DNA of 64,000 bases from Candidatus Falkowbacteria bacterium (GTDB lineage: Bacteria; Patescibacteriota; Patescibacteriia; CAIXNZ01). Numbering within the stretch: position 1 is the stretch's first letter; the number at the start of each line of letters is the position of its first letter. Shown one piece after another: positions 8,365 through 19,739 of the stretch. The notes under the pieces are model-generated. The model did no database searches. It was not told the DNA's origin and saw only the letters and a program-made list of their open reading frames with translations. Where the stretch lies: the NCBI GenBank assembly GCA_963774955.1, contig CAVZGV010000004.1, positions 195,522-259,521 on the forward strand, given 5' to 3'. A program made the position numbers and the translations under genes.

Positions 8365-9531
8365 ATGAAAAACAAACTTAAAATCGGATTTTTTACCGAT
8401 ACTTATTTACCCCAGGTCAATGGCGTGGTGACTTCCATTGAACTTTTTCGCCAGGAATTGGAACGCCAGGGACATAAGGTTTATATTTTTTGTCCCCGGG
8501 TAGCCGGCGAAAAAGACAGCGCTCGGGTGATTCGCTTCAAATCATTCCGTTTTTTATTTCAGCCCGAATATCAGGTATCCATACCTTTTTCCCGACATAT
8601 TTTGCGAGACTTTTGGTCTAAAGATTTGGATATAGTTCATGCCCATACCCCCTTTAGTATCGGTTTGATGGGCTACTATTATGCTTATATAAAGAAAGTA
8701 CCTTTTATCCATACCTATCATACTTTATATCCGGAATATATTAAATCTTACATTCTTAAAGGCCGGTTAATTACCCCCGGGATGGTGGCCAAATTAAGTG
8801 CAGTCTTTTCCAATCGTTGCGATTTAACCATTGCGCCTTCAGTTAAAATAAAAAAATTATTGGCAGGTTATGGCGTGACTAAACCAATTGATGTTTTAGC
8901 TACCGGAATAAACATTAAAGAGTATAGTACTAAAATTAAACAAAATAATTTCCGCCGGCAGTATGGACTTAAACCTGCTGATAAACTTTTGATTTTTGTC
9001 GGTCGTTTAGGGAGAGAGAAGAATATTGATTTTTTGATTTCTGCTTTGCCTTTGATTCAGAAAAAAGTATCCGCCTCAGGCGGAAAAAATACTAAATTAA
9101 TTATTGTCGGTGACGGTCCTCATCGAGCAAACCTGCAAAAGCAGGCAGTTAATCTGAAACTTAAAGATTCGGTTGTTTTTACCGGCTATTATACAAAGCC
9201 AGAAGTGATCAAGGCTTATCAGGCCAGTGATATATTTGCTTTCGCGTCTTTAACCGATACGCAAGGAATGGTGGTAGTAGAAGCCGCTGCAGCCGGGTTG
9301 CCAATTGTAGCTGTAAAAGACGATGCCTTCGGCGAATTTTTGCAGGATGGGAAAAATGGCTTTAACACCCAGCAAAACAAAAAAGACTTTAGTACCAAAG
9401 TCAGTCAAATTTTAAACAATAGGGTTCTCTATACTAAAATGTCCAAAAAGTCTCAGGAGATTGCCAGGGAGTTTACGATTGAAAAGCAGACGAAGAAGCT
9501 GGTAAAAATTTACCGAGATTTAAAGGTATAA
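8365..9531 (+). CDS. GT4 glycosyltransferase (diacylglycerol glucosyltransferase-like)
   Basis: FTDTYLPQVNGV, HAHTPF, HTYHT, VGRLGREKN, DTQGMVVVEA. Confidence 0.9.
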   Translation: MKNKLKIGFFTDTYLPQVNGVVTSIELFRQELERQGHKVYIFCPRVAGEKDSARVIRFKSFRFLFQPEYQVSIPFSRHILRDFWSKDLDIVHAHTPFSIGLMGYYYAYIKKVPFIHTYHTLYPEYIKSYILKGRLITPGMVAKLSAVFSNRCDLTIAPSVKIKKLLAGYGVTKPIDVLATGINIKEYSTKIKQNNFRRQYGLKPADKLLIFVGRLGREKNIDFLISALPLIQKKVSASGGKNTKLIIVGDGPHRANLQKQAVNLKLKDSVVFTGYYTKPEVIKAYQASDIFAFASLTDTQGMVVVEAAAAGLPIVAVKDDAFGEFLQDGKNGFNTQQNKKDFSTKVSQILNNRVLYTKMSKKSQEIAREFTIEKQTKKLVKIYRDLKV

Positions 9532-9561
9532 TTTTGGCTAATTTTAAAGTAATACTTCTAT

Positions 9562-9588
9562 AAAAAGACCGATAATTCGGTCTTTTTT
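9562..9588 (+). terminator. Intrinsic terminator
   Basis: AAAAAGACCGA-taat-TCGGTCTTTTTT. Confidence 0.75.
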
Positions 9589-9629
9589 ATTTTTTGATTA
9601 GTATACTAGTCAACTTTTAGCTAAAATCC

Positions 9630-9657
9630 TTGACGAAAGTTTTAAATATGCTATAAT
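9630..9657 (+). promoter_or_regulatory. Sigma70 promoter of swivel-array gene 1
   Basis: TTGACG-16-(TGc)TATAAT. Confidence 0.7.
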
Positions 9658-9679
9658 GTGATTATTATAATGATTAAAT

Positions 9680-11353
9680 ATGATTATGATTAAGGTTAAA
9701 TTAGATCAATTGGCAGAGAAGTTAAACAAATCAATAACAGATATTGCCAAAGAAACTAAGTTAAATCGCAATACCATAACTGCTTTATGCCATAATAAAG
9801 TGGATGGGATTAAATTTGCCACCTTAGAGCGCATTTGCAATGCTTATAAAGTCGGAATCGGAGAACTACTTGAAATAGAAAATATCAATATTAATAAGAT
9901 AAAAAAGGAAGCAATCTACAAACAAGAAGGCGCGGCCGTGCCCCTTACTTGCTGGCCTTGGTTATTGGCCTCAACCAGAATCAATAATCCATTTCTGGAT
10001 TATGGCTACGGCAATATTAATTTTTACAGCCTTAAAGAGTATATAGAGGTCTATTGGGATAAAGATGCCTTGAGAAAAACTGCCATAAATGTTTATGAAA
10101 AATATGCTGTTAAGAAAAATTTAGATATATTCTTTAATAATTATCTAAAGGCCGCTGATAAATTGAAAGAAATGTATCTGAAGGCTGATCGGCAAAATGT
10201 TTTAGATTTTAATAATAATCAGCTCGTGGATTATTTTAAGCAATTGATGGAAGCATACGCAGGTATGTGGGATAATGCGCTGTTTGTCGATGCTTTTGAT
10301 CCAGGGTATGATCAGGAAAAAATCAATGAACTTGTAAACAAATACGGTTTTAACAAAGAAGACGTCCAGACGCTGACAACATCTGAAATCATGTCTTTCA
10401 ACAGTGAGCAGCTTTATGAGCTTTTGAAAATAGTCAAAACAATAAGAGATAAAAAGATATCAGGCCAGGTTCTGCAGCAGTTTATCGATAAAAATGATGC
10501 AATTAAAAAATATATCTGGAATTATGATTATTACTGTTCAAATTATGCGCAAACAAGCCATATAAATCGGGTAAATTTAGCTCAAGAAATTAGAAAATAC
10601 CTCAAAAACGAAAAGTTATTCCAGGAGGAATTTTATAAACTTGATAATTTTACCGAGATTCAAAAGGCTAATAAGTTAAAAGTACTTAAAAAATACAAAA
10701 TTACTGAAAATCCTTTATATTTCTTTAGTCTGCTGACATATTGGCGGGAAAATCGCAAACAGGTTAATTTAATGGGTTTTCATGTCTTTGATTTAATCCT
10801 GCAATCGTTGGAAGAAAAAACCGGCATTGAAATGAAATATTTAAAATATCTGGTTGATGACGAAATTCTTCATGTCTTAAAGGGCAGTATAGATCTGGAA
10901 ACGTTGAAGAAACGCAGGGAAACTGGTTGCTTTTTCAGCTTTAAAAACGGTGACTATCAGCTTTTTATCGGCAAGCAGGCTGATTCTTTAAAAAATGAGC
11001 TGGAAAATCAGTTAAATACCCAGGCTGATTTAAAGATAATTCCTGGACAGGTGGCCTGTCAGGGCTATGCCAAAGGCATTGCCAAAATCATATTAAATGT
11101 TAACGATTTTAATAAACTAAAGCCGGGAGAAATATTAGTAACCGGCATGACCAGACCGGAATTCATACCATTAATGAGAATAGCAGCTGCAATCGTGACT
11201 AATGAAGGCGGCATTACCTGCCATGCGGCCATTGTTAGCCGGGAACTGGGCAAACCCTGCATCATTGGCACGGGCAATGCCACCCAACTAATTAGAGATG
11301 GTGATTTAATTGAAGTCCGGGCAAATCATGGTACCGTTAGAATCTTGAGTTAG
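9680..11353 (+). CDS. XRE-HTH + helical domain + PEP-utiliser mobile (phospho-His swivel) domain protein; array member 1
   Basis: N-terminal SITDIAKETKLNRNTITAL..LERICNAY (Cro/C1 HTH); C-terminal TNEGGITCHAAIVSRELGKPC. Confidence 0.85.
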   Translation: MIMIKVKLDQLAEKLNKSITDIAKETKLNRNTITALCHNKVDGIKFATLERICNAYKVGIGELLEIENININKIKKEAIYKQEGAAVPLTCWPWLLASTRINNPFLDYGYGNINFYSLKEYIEVYWDKDALRKTAINVYEKYAVKKNLDIFFNNYLKAADKLKEMYLKADRQNVLDFNNNQLVDYFKQLMEAYAGMWDNALFVDAFDPGYDQEKINELVNKYGFNKEDVQTLTTSEIMSFNSEQLYELLKIVKTIRDKKISGQVLQQFIDKNDAIKKYIWNYDYYCSNYAQTSHINRVNLAQEIRKYLKNEKLFQEEFYKLDNFTEIQKANKLKVLKKYKITENPLYFFSLLTYWRENRKQVNLMGFHVFDLILQSLEEKTGIEMKYLKYLVDDEILHVLKGSIDLETLKKRRETGCFFSFKNGDYQLFIGKQADSLKNELENQLNTQADLKIIPGQVACQGYAKGIAKIILNVNDFNKLKPGEILVTGMTRPEFIPLMRIAAAIVTNEGGITCHAAIVSRELGKPCIIGTGNATQLIRDGDLIEVRANHGTVRILS

Positions 11354-11365
11354 TATATAGGATTG

Positions 11366-11425
11366 AATAAAAGGTCGCATTAGCGGCTTTTTATTATTGA
11401 CAAAATTTATTAATTATGCTAAGAT
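11366..11425 (+). promoter_or_regulatory. Terminator after member 1, followed by the promoter of the main operon
   Basis: AATAAAAGGTCGC-atta-GCGGCTTTTTATT, then TTGACA(11397)-17-TAAGAT. Confidence 0.65.
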
Positions 11426-11474
11426 GGTATTAATTAATACCTTTAAAGTATAGTAATAATAATCCTCAATTATT

Positions 11475-13208
11475 ATGCTGGAAAACTTATTCTCAAGCCA
11501 AGTAATTTTTAAGCTTTTGAGCCTGATGTTTAGCCAGGAAGAACAGGAATTTTCAACTCCGGAACTGGTTAAATTAACCGGTAAAAAACAGACCAATATC
11601 ATGCGTGAGCTGGAAAAATTGGCTAATTGGGACATGGTGATTAAAACTAAAAAGGGCAAGCAGAATTTTTATCGGCTTAACACCAAATACGCTTTTTATG
11701 AGCAGTTAAAAAGTCTGTTTTTAAGATATTTAGGTGCCAACAAAAAGTTTATGGTTTACACGGAGGAAGCCAATGCCGCTTTGCTCACGCTTAATTATTT
11801 TTCTATTGCCTATGCCAATCCCCTGGCTGTTAATTTGGGCATTTTGAGTCAGATGCCAGATTTGCTTTCATATTACAAAAATAATTATGTGCGTTTTTAT
11901 TTTGAAAAAGACGTGGTAGAAAAAATTACTGCTGAATCATTAAAGAAGCTGAGAACTGATGCCAGCTTTGTTAAAGATATTATTTACCAGCAATCAATTG
12001 CCAAAGGCGAAGAAGCTTTGAGTTTTATTTAACAAATGAAGGCCAACGATTATAAAGTTACAGCCGCAGAAGCTTTAAAGCTGCTGGATCAATTTACAGA
12101 TATTATTAATACCCAGATTTCCTTAAACTGCATCGCTATTTTAGATTTATTTAATGAGCCGTACAGCAATTATTTAAAAACCTATTTACAGAAGCAGATC
12201 AAAGAGACTGATTTACGCCTGAATTATGTACTGGAAAAATTACTAGCGCCTGAGCAGCTGACCTGGACCCAGCTTTACCGCCGTGAAATGATCAAGCTGG
12301 TTTTAAAGTATAAAGCAGAAAAGATTGACTATAAGCCTGAACTGCAAACCATTCATGCCAATTGGAAATGGCTGAACTTCAATTACCGCGGACCGGAATA
12401 TACTCTGGAATATTTTGCACAGATATTTAATGAAATGATAAATAAGGCTTTGTCTGAGCTGGAAATAGAGCTGGATTTTATTGATAATAATCAGACTTAC
12501 GTCCTCAAAGAAAAAAACAAAATTTTTAAAGAGCTGAAAATCGACCAGCAACACCAGGATTACATCAATGCTTTGAGCATCCTCTCGTATTTGAAAGTCT
12601 ATCGTAAAGATACGGCTTTTTTATTGGTTTTTCTAACTCTTAAAATCATGGAACAGTTTGCGGACGGTTTGAAAAAGGAAAACTGGCTTTATTTGACTCA
12701 GTCTGAGGCGCGCGATCTGATCAAGGGGCAGTTAAATGTTACTAAAGCTCAGCTGATTGAAAGGGAAAAGGAATGCGCTTACCTCGGTCAGGAAAAGATA
12801 TTAATGGTAGGTCACGACGCCGCCAAATTCGTGGCTGATAATACCATAGCGGATAAATTTAGCGAAGCCGGTGGTTTAAAACTCTTAGAAGGAACCACTG
12901 CTTGTTTGGGTAAAACCGGTGACTGGGTGTACGGCAAAGTAAAAATTATTAATCAGCCAGAAGATATGAGTAAAATGGAATACGGGGACATTTTGGTCTC
13001 TTATGCGACCATTCCTGATATTTTGCCAGCCATGAAAAAAGCCGCAGCCATTGTCACTGATCAGGGTGGTATTACTTCACATGCAGCCATTGTTTCCCGC
13101 GAATTAAATATTCCCTGCGTGATCGGCACCAAATATGCCACTAAAGTCTTTAAAGACGGAGACAAGGTGATTGTCTGTCCGCGTCATGGGCATATTAGAT
13201 TTCAATAA
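11475..13208 (+). CDS. Winged-HTH + helical + swivel domain protein; member 2 (in-frame TAA at 12030-12032)
   Basis: ORFs 11475-12032 and 12036-13208 are in the same frame. wHTH ELVKLTGKKQTNIMRELEKL..KGKQNFYRLN; swivel TDQGGITSHAAIVSRELNIPC. Confidence 0.75.
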
Positions 13209-13259
13209 TTAATAGTTAGAAGAATATAAATTTAAAATAAATCAGTAAAAATTAATCAT

Positions 13260-14809
13260 ATGGCTTTAAGACAACAATTTGACCGCAAAAATATTTTAAT
13301 CTTCCCTTGGTATATTGCGGATTTGACCTTAACTAAGGATATTGCCGCCATTGCTGACGGCCAAAAAGTTAAGGATTGTTTGGTTATTATTGAAAATTAT
13401 TATTTTAAATATGCCATGGATGTGGACTCGGTCAAAGAGACTGCCCTGGCGATTTTAAATAAATTGGTCAGTGATCCTAAATATTTTGCTTTGGCTAAGA
13501 AGATGATTTATGATTTTGGCGAAGACTTGCTGGCCTTTGGTGACAAAATTAAGGATATTGATTTAGCTCAGGCCAGTAACGAAGATTTATTGAATATTTA
13601 TGCTGAATATACGGAACATTTGAAAGCCATGCGCACCTGGGGCTGGATCCCGGCCATTATTGATGGCACGACTGAAAGCTTTTTGACCGATACGATTATG
13701 GCTAAATTCGGCGCCTATTTAAAAATAATTAATCAGGAGGATAAAATTGCAGCTTTTTACAGCTTATTAAGCTCCAGTGAAAAAATGAGCGAAGTCCAGA
13801 CAGAGGAATTGGCCAGGCTGGATTTACTTTTTAAAATTTTAAAGGATAAGCAAACTGCGTCAAATACTTGATCTGATCAAGTCCAATAATTATCAAGAAA
13901 TAAAAACGCAATTTCCTAAAATATTATAAATTATTAGCTAAACATTTACAGGATTTTGCCTGGCTGCCTTTTGCTTATATTGGCCCGGTCATGTCCTGGG
14001 AATATTTATTTAAATTAATTAATGATAATTTAAACAGCGGGGATATTAAGGCTCAGAAAGAAAAAATCATCAATCATTACAAATCAATTAAAAAAGACAA
14101 AGCCGCTTTGATTAAGAAATTAAAATTGCCGGCTGATTTGCAGTATATTTTTCAGATTTCCACTGAATTCATGTTTATCAAAGATTACCGCAAGGGCATT
14201 TATCAGAAATCTTATGTTTATATGGATCCGGTCATGGCTGAAATCGCCAAAGACTTAAGTCTGAACTTTAAAGCAGGTCAAATTTTTAATTTATGAAGAT
14301 GTTGCTGATGCTTTATTGAATAATAAGGCGGATTTTTATCGTCAGACTGTGCCGAACAACGCCAAAAAAAATGTTGTTATTATGCGACTGACGGTGCAAT
14401 TAAAGTTTATCAGGGGGAAGAATGTGAACAAATGATTAGCTAAATATCTTAAGAGCAACACCGCAAGTTGACGTCAGCCACATTAAGGAATTAAAAGGCA
14501 TGACTGCTTACCCGGGTAAAGTTACTGGTACTGCCAAGATTGTCTTATTGGAAAAAGATGTCAGCAAAGTCCAGGCCGGTGATATTTTGGTTTCTTCGGC
14601 GACTAATCCTGATTTGATTGCGGCCATGAAAAGAGCTGCTGCCTTTGTGACTGATACGGGCGGTATAACTTGTCATGCGGCCATTGTCTCTCGTGAGTTG
14701 AAAAAGCCCTGTATTATTGGCACTCAGCATGCGACTAAGGTCATTAAGGATGGTGATCATGCTGGAAGTTGACGCTGACCATGGCATTGTCAAAATTTTA
14801 AATAAATAA
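13260..14809 (+). pseudogene. Swivel-array member 3 (multiple frameshifts, probably sequencing errors)
   Basis: Fragments join across frames: QILDLIKS / KHLQDFAWLPFAYIGP / FIKDYRK / TDTGGITCHAAIVSREL / LEVDADHGIVKILNK*. Confidence 0.75.
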
Positions 14810-14827
14810 TTAATTTAAGTAAAATTT

Positions 14828-15432
14828 ATGTCTATCTTAGAAATAAAAAATTTACCCGAGCAATATGAGGCGCTTTGGCAGCGCTGCGCGCCTTTATTAC
14901 AAAAAGGACGGCCAGATGACGAGGGCCATGCCAAAGATACAGTGGAATTTGTTTTAAATTATCAGGGCGATTTGCCGTTTGATCCGGAAGTCATTATTCC
15001 CGTGGCTATGATGCATGATATCGGCCATTCCGCGTTATTGCCAGAGCATTTAAAATACGTACTGGCGGCGTTAAAATAAAAAATGGCAAATTGGTTCACA
15101 TGCTGGCCGGCGCGAAAATTGCTCATGATTTATTGGTTGACAATTAAGCTATGATCACGGCCAATATCAAGGAAATCGTGGATATTATCAGTATTCATGA
15201 CTGGGATCAATTGGACATTCCTGAGGCAAAGACGGTTTATGATACTGATAATAAAAAGTTCTTTCATGATATTGATGCATTAGACCGCTTTAATCAGGAG
15301 CGTTTGGAATATTATAAAAATTCATTTCAGCAGGGTGAACTGCAGAAATTGATAACCAAGCAGTTGGATGTTTTCTTTTATCCGGAATTTAAAAAAATCG
15401 CCGAGGCGAGATTCAAAATTTTGAAGTTTTAA
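14828..15432 (+). pseudogene. HD-domain phosphohydrolase (frameshifted)
   Basis: GH..MMHDIGH, alternative-frame LVHMLAGAKIAHDLL, IISIHD, HDIDALDRF: a full HD motif set split over frames. Confidence 0.75.
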
Positions 15433-15436
15433 ATTT

Positions 15437-16880
15437 ATGATTAGCGATGTCTTAAAAAAATACAGCCAAGGGCGGAACTTAATGAAGCAAGAAGGCGCCT
15501 TCTCTTTATTAGCATCTTATGGTTTTTGCGCGCTCGGTTTATTTGGACCAAAGTGGTATGACCTTTACCGCAATGATTATAATTTTTTCTTGGGCATATT
15601 TGATCAGACGAATGGCCTTTTTGTTTTTGATTGGGGTAAATATAAGGAAACCACCGACATTGAATATCGTCTGATGATTAAAGAAGGTAAAGGTAGTTAT
15701 TTAAGAGTTTTACCTTTATTTGAGAAGCATTCTGCCGAGATGTTTAAACTCTATCAGGCCAATCATCCAGCAGTTATTGCTAAAATGGATATTGAAAAAT
15801 TAAGGCAACATATTATTAATTCAAATGAATTAACTTCAATTATATTAAGAGACACGCTGTTTAGCGAGTCTTTTGATGAAGATATGGCCAAAGTCTATTA
15901 TTTGCAGGCAGGCGGCCAGGAAGAATATTTCCAGGAATTTTTTGCCATGACCTCTGCGTTGACGTTTGATTCATTTAAATTTAGGAGAGATAAGATTATC
16001 TTAAATGATGCAAAACAAAAAAAGATTGATTATTATAAGTTGCAATACATATATACTGATCACTTTGCTGGCAAACTTTTAATTGAGGTTGAAAAAATGG
16101 TGAATAATTTGAATTTTAATATACTTTTGGAAGAGATAAAAATTAATGATCAACAGGTAGAGAATAATAAAGAAAGAAGGGAAAAATACATCCAAGCTTT
16201 ACCCGACAGTTTGAAAGCATTAGCTCATTTTATGGAAGTGACCATGCGCATCAGAGATGAAAGGCAAGATTGTTTTGCCCAAGGTATGACCATTGCATAT
16301 AACTGCGCTTATGAATACTTTAAGCGGCTAGGTTTTAATCCTAAAGATTGTATTTATTCTTTTTATACTGACTATTTGAATAATATTTTGGAAAACCCCG
16401 AATATTCACAACTGATTGAGAACAGAAAAAAGGGCTGTGCCGTGATTGCAGAAGCAGGCCAGCCAGTAAAATATACCTGGGAATTCAAGGAATATCAGCA
16501 AGTTACGCCAGGAATTTTTAGATATTGTTGAAGCTTCAGTTAAAAAAGAAAATTCCCTAGAGCAGATTAAAGGCCAGGTTGCTAATCCAGGCAAGATAAA
16601 GGGCATGGTTAAAATAGTTTTAAGCAGTACTGATTTTGCCAAATTTAATAAGGGTGATATTTTAGTCGCCTCTATGACCAGGCCAGAATATGTGCCAGTA
16701 ATGAAAAAGGCTAAAGCAATTATCACTGATGAAGGCGGTATCACCTGCCATGCCGCCATTGTCTCCCGGGAATTAAATATACCCTGCATAATTGGCACTA
16801 AAAATGCGACTAGAATTTTGCAAGATGGGGATGAAGTGGAAGTGGATGCCAATAATGGCACCATTAAGATAATTAAATAA
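15437..16880 (+). pseudogene. Swivel-array member 4 (one frameshift near 16497)
   Basis: After the shift, KLRQEFLDIVEAS..IKGQVANPG runs into TDEGGITCHAAIVSRELNIPC. Confidence 0.8.
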
Positions 16881-16886
16881 TATTTT

Positions 16887-18395
16887 ATGACTGAGACTAA
16901 AAATAATGTAACGAAATTAGACTGGCAGGAATACATCCGCAGCGGCGCCAATTATCATCTGATGCTGCCTTATGTTGACGGCATCACCCTTGGCGTTAAG
17001 GCAATATTCGGCCAGTCAATCAGCCATTTCATGGCCTTTTTTGAAGGCACGACATTATACTGGTACTATGTTGCCCAGGAATTAGCTGCTTTGGGCAGAG
17101 TTATTGTCGCCAAATTATTGGAGTCTGAGTTTAGAACTAATTTTTTTGCAGTCTGGAATAATTATAAAAATGAACTGGACAATTTGATTAATAAATTTCA
17201 GCTGGAACAAATTAAAAAATTATCTAACCAGGAACTGGCTGACCTTTATCGCGGCTATTTTAAGCAATTGACTGAGTGGTGCGGCTATAGCATGTCCATA
17301 GATGCCACGGATGAATCTTTAATGGCGGATATCCCCACCAGAATTAAAGCTATCATGAAAAATGTCTTGGCTGACGGTTATACAGAAAAGGAATATATCA
17401 GAGCGTATAATATTTTAACCCAGCCGGAAAAATTTTCCTACATGAACGAAGAACGGCTGGCATTATTACAGCTGGCTAAAGATTTACAGTCCGACACAAT
17501 TAAAAAGGACGATTTGGCCTATCAGCAGCAAGTTCAAGCCGTTTTGGATAAATATTGGTGGACTGATATGGGCTGGGCTAAAGGCCAACCAAAAACTAAA
17601 AGCGATGTGGCTAAAAGCTTGGAAGAAATTGTTAAGGCAGGTCAGGATCTTGACGAGGAAATTAAAAAGATTAAAGCTTTACCCGCCAAAATAAAAGCTG
17701 CTAAAGCTGAACTGGAAAAAACCTACCAGTTTAGTCAGGATCAAGATTTAATCCAATTACTGGATTTATTTGACCAGTTGGTTGAATATCATGATTTAAG
17801 GAAAGAAACGCAGATGAAAACTAATTACTGGCACTATCTGGTTTTTGCGGAGATTGCTCAAAGAAAAATGATTGAGCCGCAGCTTTTAGACTGGTGTAAT
17901 TTGGCTGAACTGGAAAGTTTATTAATCGGGAATGAATTTGATCGGGAGGAAATGAGCCGCCGCTCAGTTAATTACCTAAGATTAAATCTTGAGGGAGTTT
18001 TGAGCCTTTATGCCGGCGAAGAAGCCAAAGCCAGGCATGATGAGGTTTTAGGCTTGCAGTTGGAGCAGGTGCATGATTTGCAGGGTATTAGCGCTTCTGC
18101 CGGCAAAGTGGCCGGCCGCGCCCTGGTTGCCCTAAGCATTGAAGCAGCCAAAGATATTAAGCCGGGTGAAATTTTAGTGACTGGCATGACCACCCCGGAA
18201 TTTGTGCCGGCCATGAAGAAAGCCGCGGCCATTGTTACTGATGAAGGCGGGATTACCTGCCATGCGGCCATAATTTCACGAGAGCTGGGACTTCCCTGTG
18301 TGGTCGGCACCAAATTCGCCACCCGCCTGATTAAAACAGGTGATCTGATTGAAGTGGCAGCCAATCACGGTATTGTTAGATTATTAAATAAATAA
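16887..18395 (+). CDS. Swivel-array member 5
   Basis: Helical N-region; TDEGGITCHAAIISRELGLPC. Confidence 0.9.
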   Translation: MTETKNNVTKLDWQEYIRSGANYHLMLPYVDGITLGVKAIFGQSISHFMAFFEGTTLYWYYVAQELAALGRVIVAKLLESEFRTNFFAVWNNYKNELDNLINKFQLEQIKKLSNQELADLYRGYFKQLTEWCGYSMSIDATDESLMADIPTRIKAIMKNVLADGYTEKEYIRAYNILTQPEKFSYMNEERLALLQLAKDLQSDTIKKDDLAYQQQVQAVLDKYWWTDMGWAKGQPKTKSDVAKSLEEIVKAGQDLDEEIKKIKALPAKIKAAKAELEKTYQFSQDQDLIQLLDLFDQLVEYHDLRKETQMKTNYWHYLVFAEIAQRKMIEPQLLDWCNLAELESLLIGNEFDREEMSRRSVNYLRLNLEGVLSLYAGEEAKARHDEVLGLQLEQVHDLQGISASAGKVAGRALVALSIEAAKDIKPGEILVTGMTTPEFVPAMKKAAAIVTDEGGITCHAAIISRELGLPCVVGTKFATRLIKTGDLIEVAANHGIVRLLNK

Positions 18396-18400
18396 ATCAT

Positions 18401-19729
18401 ATGATCAATTTTAAAAAAGAAGATTTTTTCATGACTGGTTCGGCTCAGTCGGCTTTGATTTATAACTACATTTCAGCCTTGGGTTCTTTAAGCTCATTTG
18501 GCAAAGCTAATGGTGGGATATTATTGTATGAAAATAATGTTGTAACGTTTTATTTTTCTAAACAAGGTATTATTGATTTTAAAAATAAATTGATCAAGAA
18601 GAAAATCGAATATTTTGAAAAAAATTTTACACGCTGGCAGGCAAAATGGCGGAACAAAGAAGCGATTCTTTATAAATTAGCTACACAGGGTAAAAATTGG
18701 CGTAAGAACTGGCAGCGTTTAGACAAATTATGTTTTAAGTACTGGCATGATTCTTATTTTGTTGATACCTATGATCATTTTGCCGAAGAATTTGACCGGC
18801 AAATTATTAAATCTTTAAAAAAGGCCAGGCTTGATCCGGAATTGCGCAATGAATTAGTCTTACCTGACGTAGCGACTAAAGTTCAGGAAGTAGCGGTGCA
18901 ATTACAGGCAGTTAAAGACGGACAATTATCCAAATCAGAATTTTTGAGAAAGTATTGGTATAGCCATGGCTCCTGGAACGGGGGAGAAGTATTAACCAAA
19001 GAATTATTAGACAAAGATCTGGCCAGTATAGATATTGATCTGCATTTTACAATCAGGAAAAAGATCCACGAGGAAGTTGATCCCAAATTGGATAAAAAGA
19101 CCTTAAATTTGCTCAGAGTCCTAAGATTCTTTGCGCTTTGGCGTGATGAGCGTAAGGCCTTTTTGCAAATGATCAGCTTGGGTTTTCGTAAAGTCGCCTT
19201 AGCTGCAGCCAACGAATTAAACGTTGAATCCAAAGCAATTGAATTTGCTTTCCGCGATGAAATTGATGAAGTTTCACATAATCCTCAAAAATTTTTAGAA
19301 CGCAAGAATAGATCAGTTTTATTACTTCCCAATTCTCAGACTCACGGCCAAATTTTGGTTGGAGCCGAAGTAGAGCCGTATTTCCAGGAATTTATGGCCA
19401 CGACCGAAGTCCGGGAAATCAAGGGCATTGTGGCCTCACCGGGCAAAGTCCAGGGAATTGCCAATGTAATTTTACGTCAGCATCAGTTTTTTGAATTTAA
19501 TGAAGGCGATATTTTAGTCACTACCATGACCCGGCCGGAATTTATGCCTTTAATGAAGAAAGCTAGCGCTATCGTCACTGACGAAGGCGGACTGACTTGT
19601 CATGCAGCCATTGTTTCCCGGGAATTAAAAAAGCCCTGCATTGTGGGCACAAAAGATGGGACCAGGATTTTTAAAACAGGGGATAAAATAGAAGTTGATG
19701 CTAACTTGGGGGTGATTAAGAAAATTTAA
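18401..19729 (+). CDS. Swivel-array member 6
   Basis: WRDERK; TDEGGLTCHAAIVSRELKKPC. Confidence 0.9.
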   Translation: MINFKKEDFFMTGSAQSALIYNYISALGSLSSFGKANGGILLYENNVVTFYFSKQGIIDFKNKLIKKKIEYFEKNFTRWQAKWRNKEAILYKLATQGKNWRKNWQRLDKLCFKYWHDSYFVDTYDHFAEEFDRQIIKSLKKARLDPELRNELVLPDVATKVQEVAVQLQAVKDGQLSKSEFLRKYWYSHGSWNGGEVLTKELLDKDLASIDIDLHFTIRKKIHEEVDPKLDKKTLNLLRVLRFFALWRDERKAFLQMISLGFRKVALAAANELNVESKAIEFAFRDEIDEVSHNPQKFLERKNRSVLLLPNSQTHGQILVGAEVEPYFQEFMATTEVREIKGIVASPGKVQGIANVILRQHQFFEFNEGDILVTTMTRPEFMPLMKKASAIVTDEGGLTCHAAIVSRELKKPCIVGTKDGTRIFKTGDKIEVDANLGVIKKI

Positions 19730-19739
19730 GTACATAAGT

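Noticed and set aside
12030-12032. Stop-codon reassignment or programmed readthrough
   Set aside because: The stop is TAA, which ends many genes here; TGA also acts as a stop (code 11). It lies in the error-rich patch.
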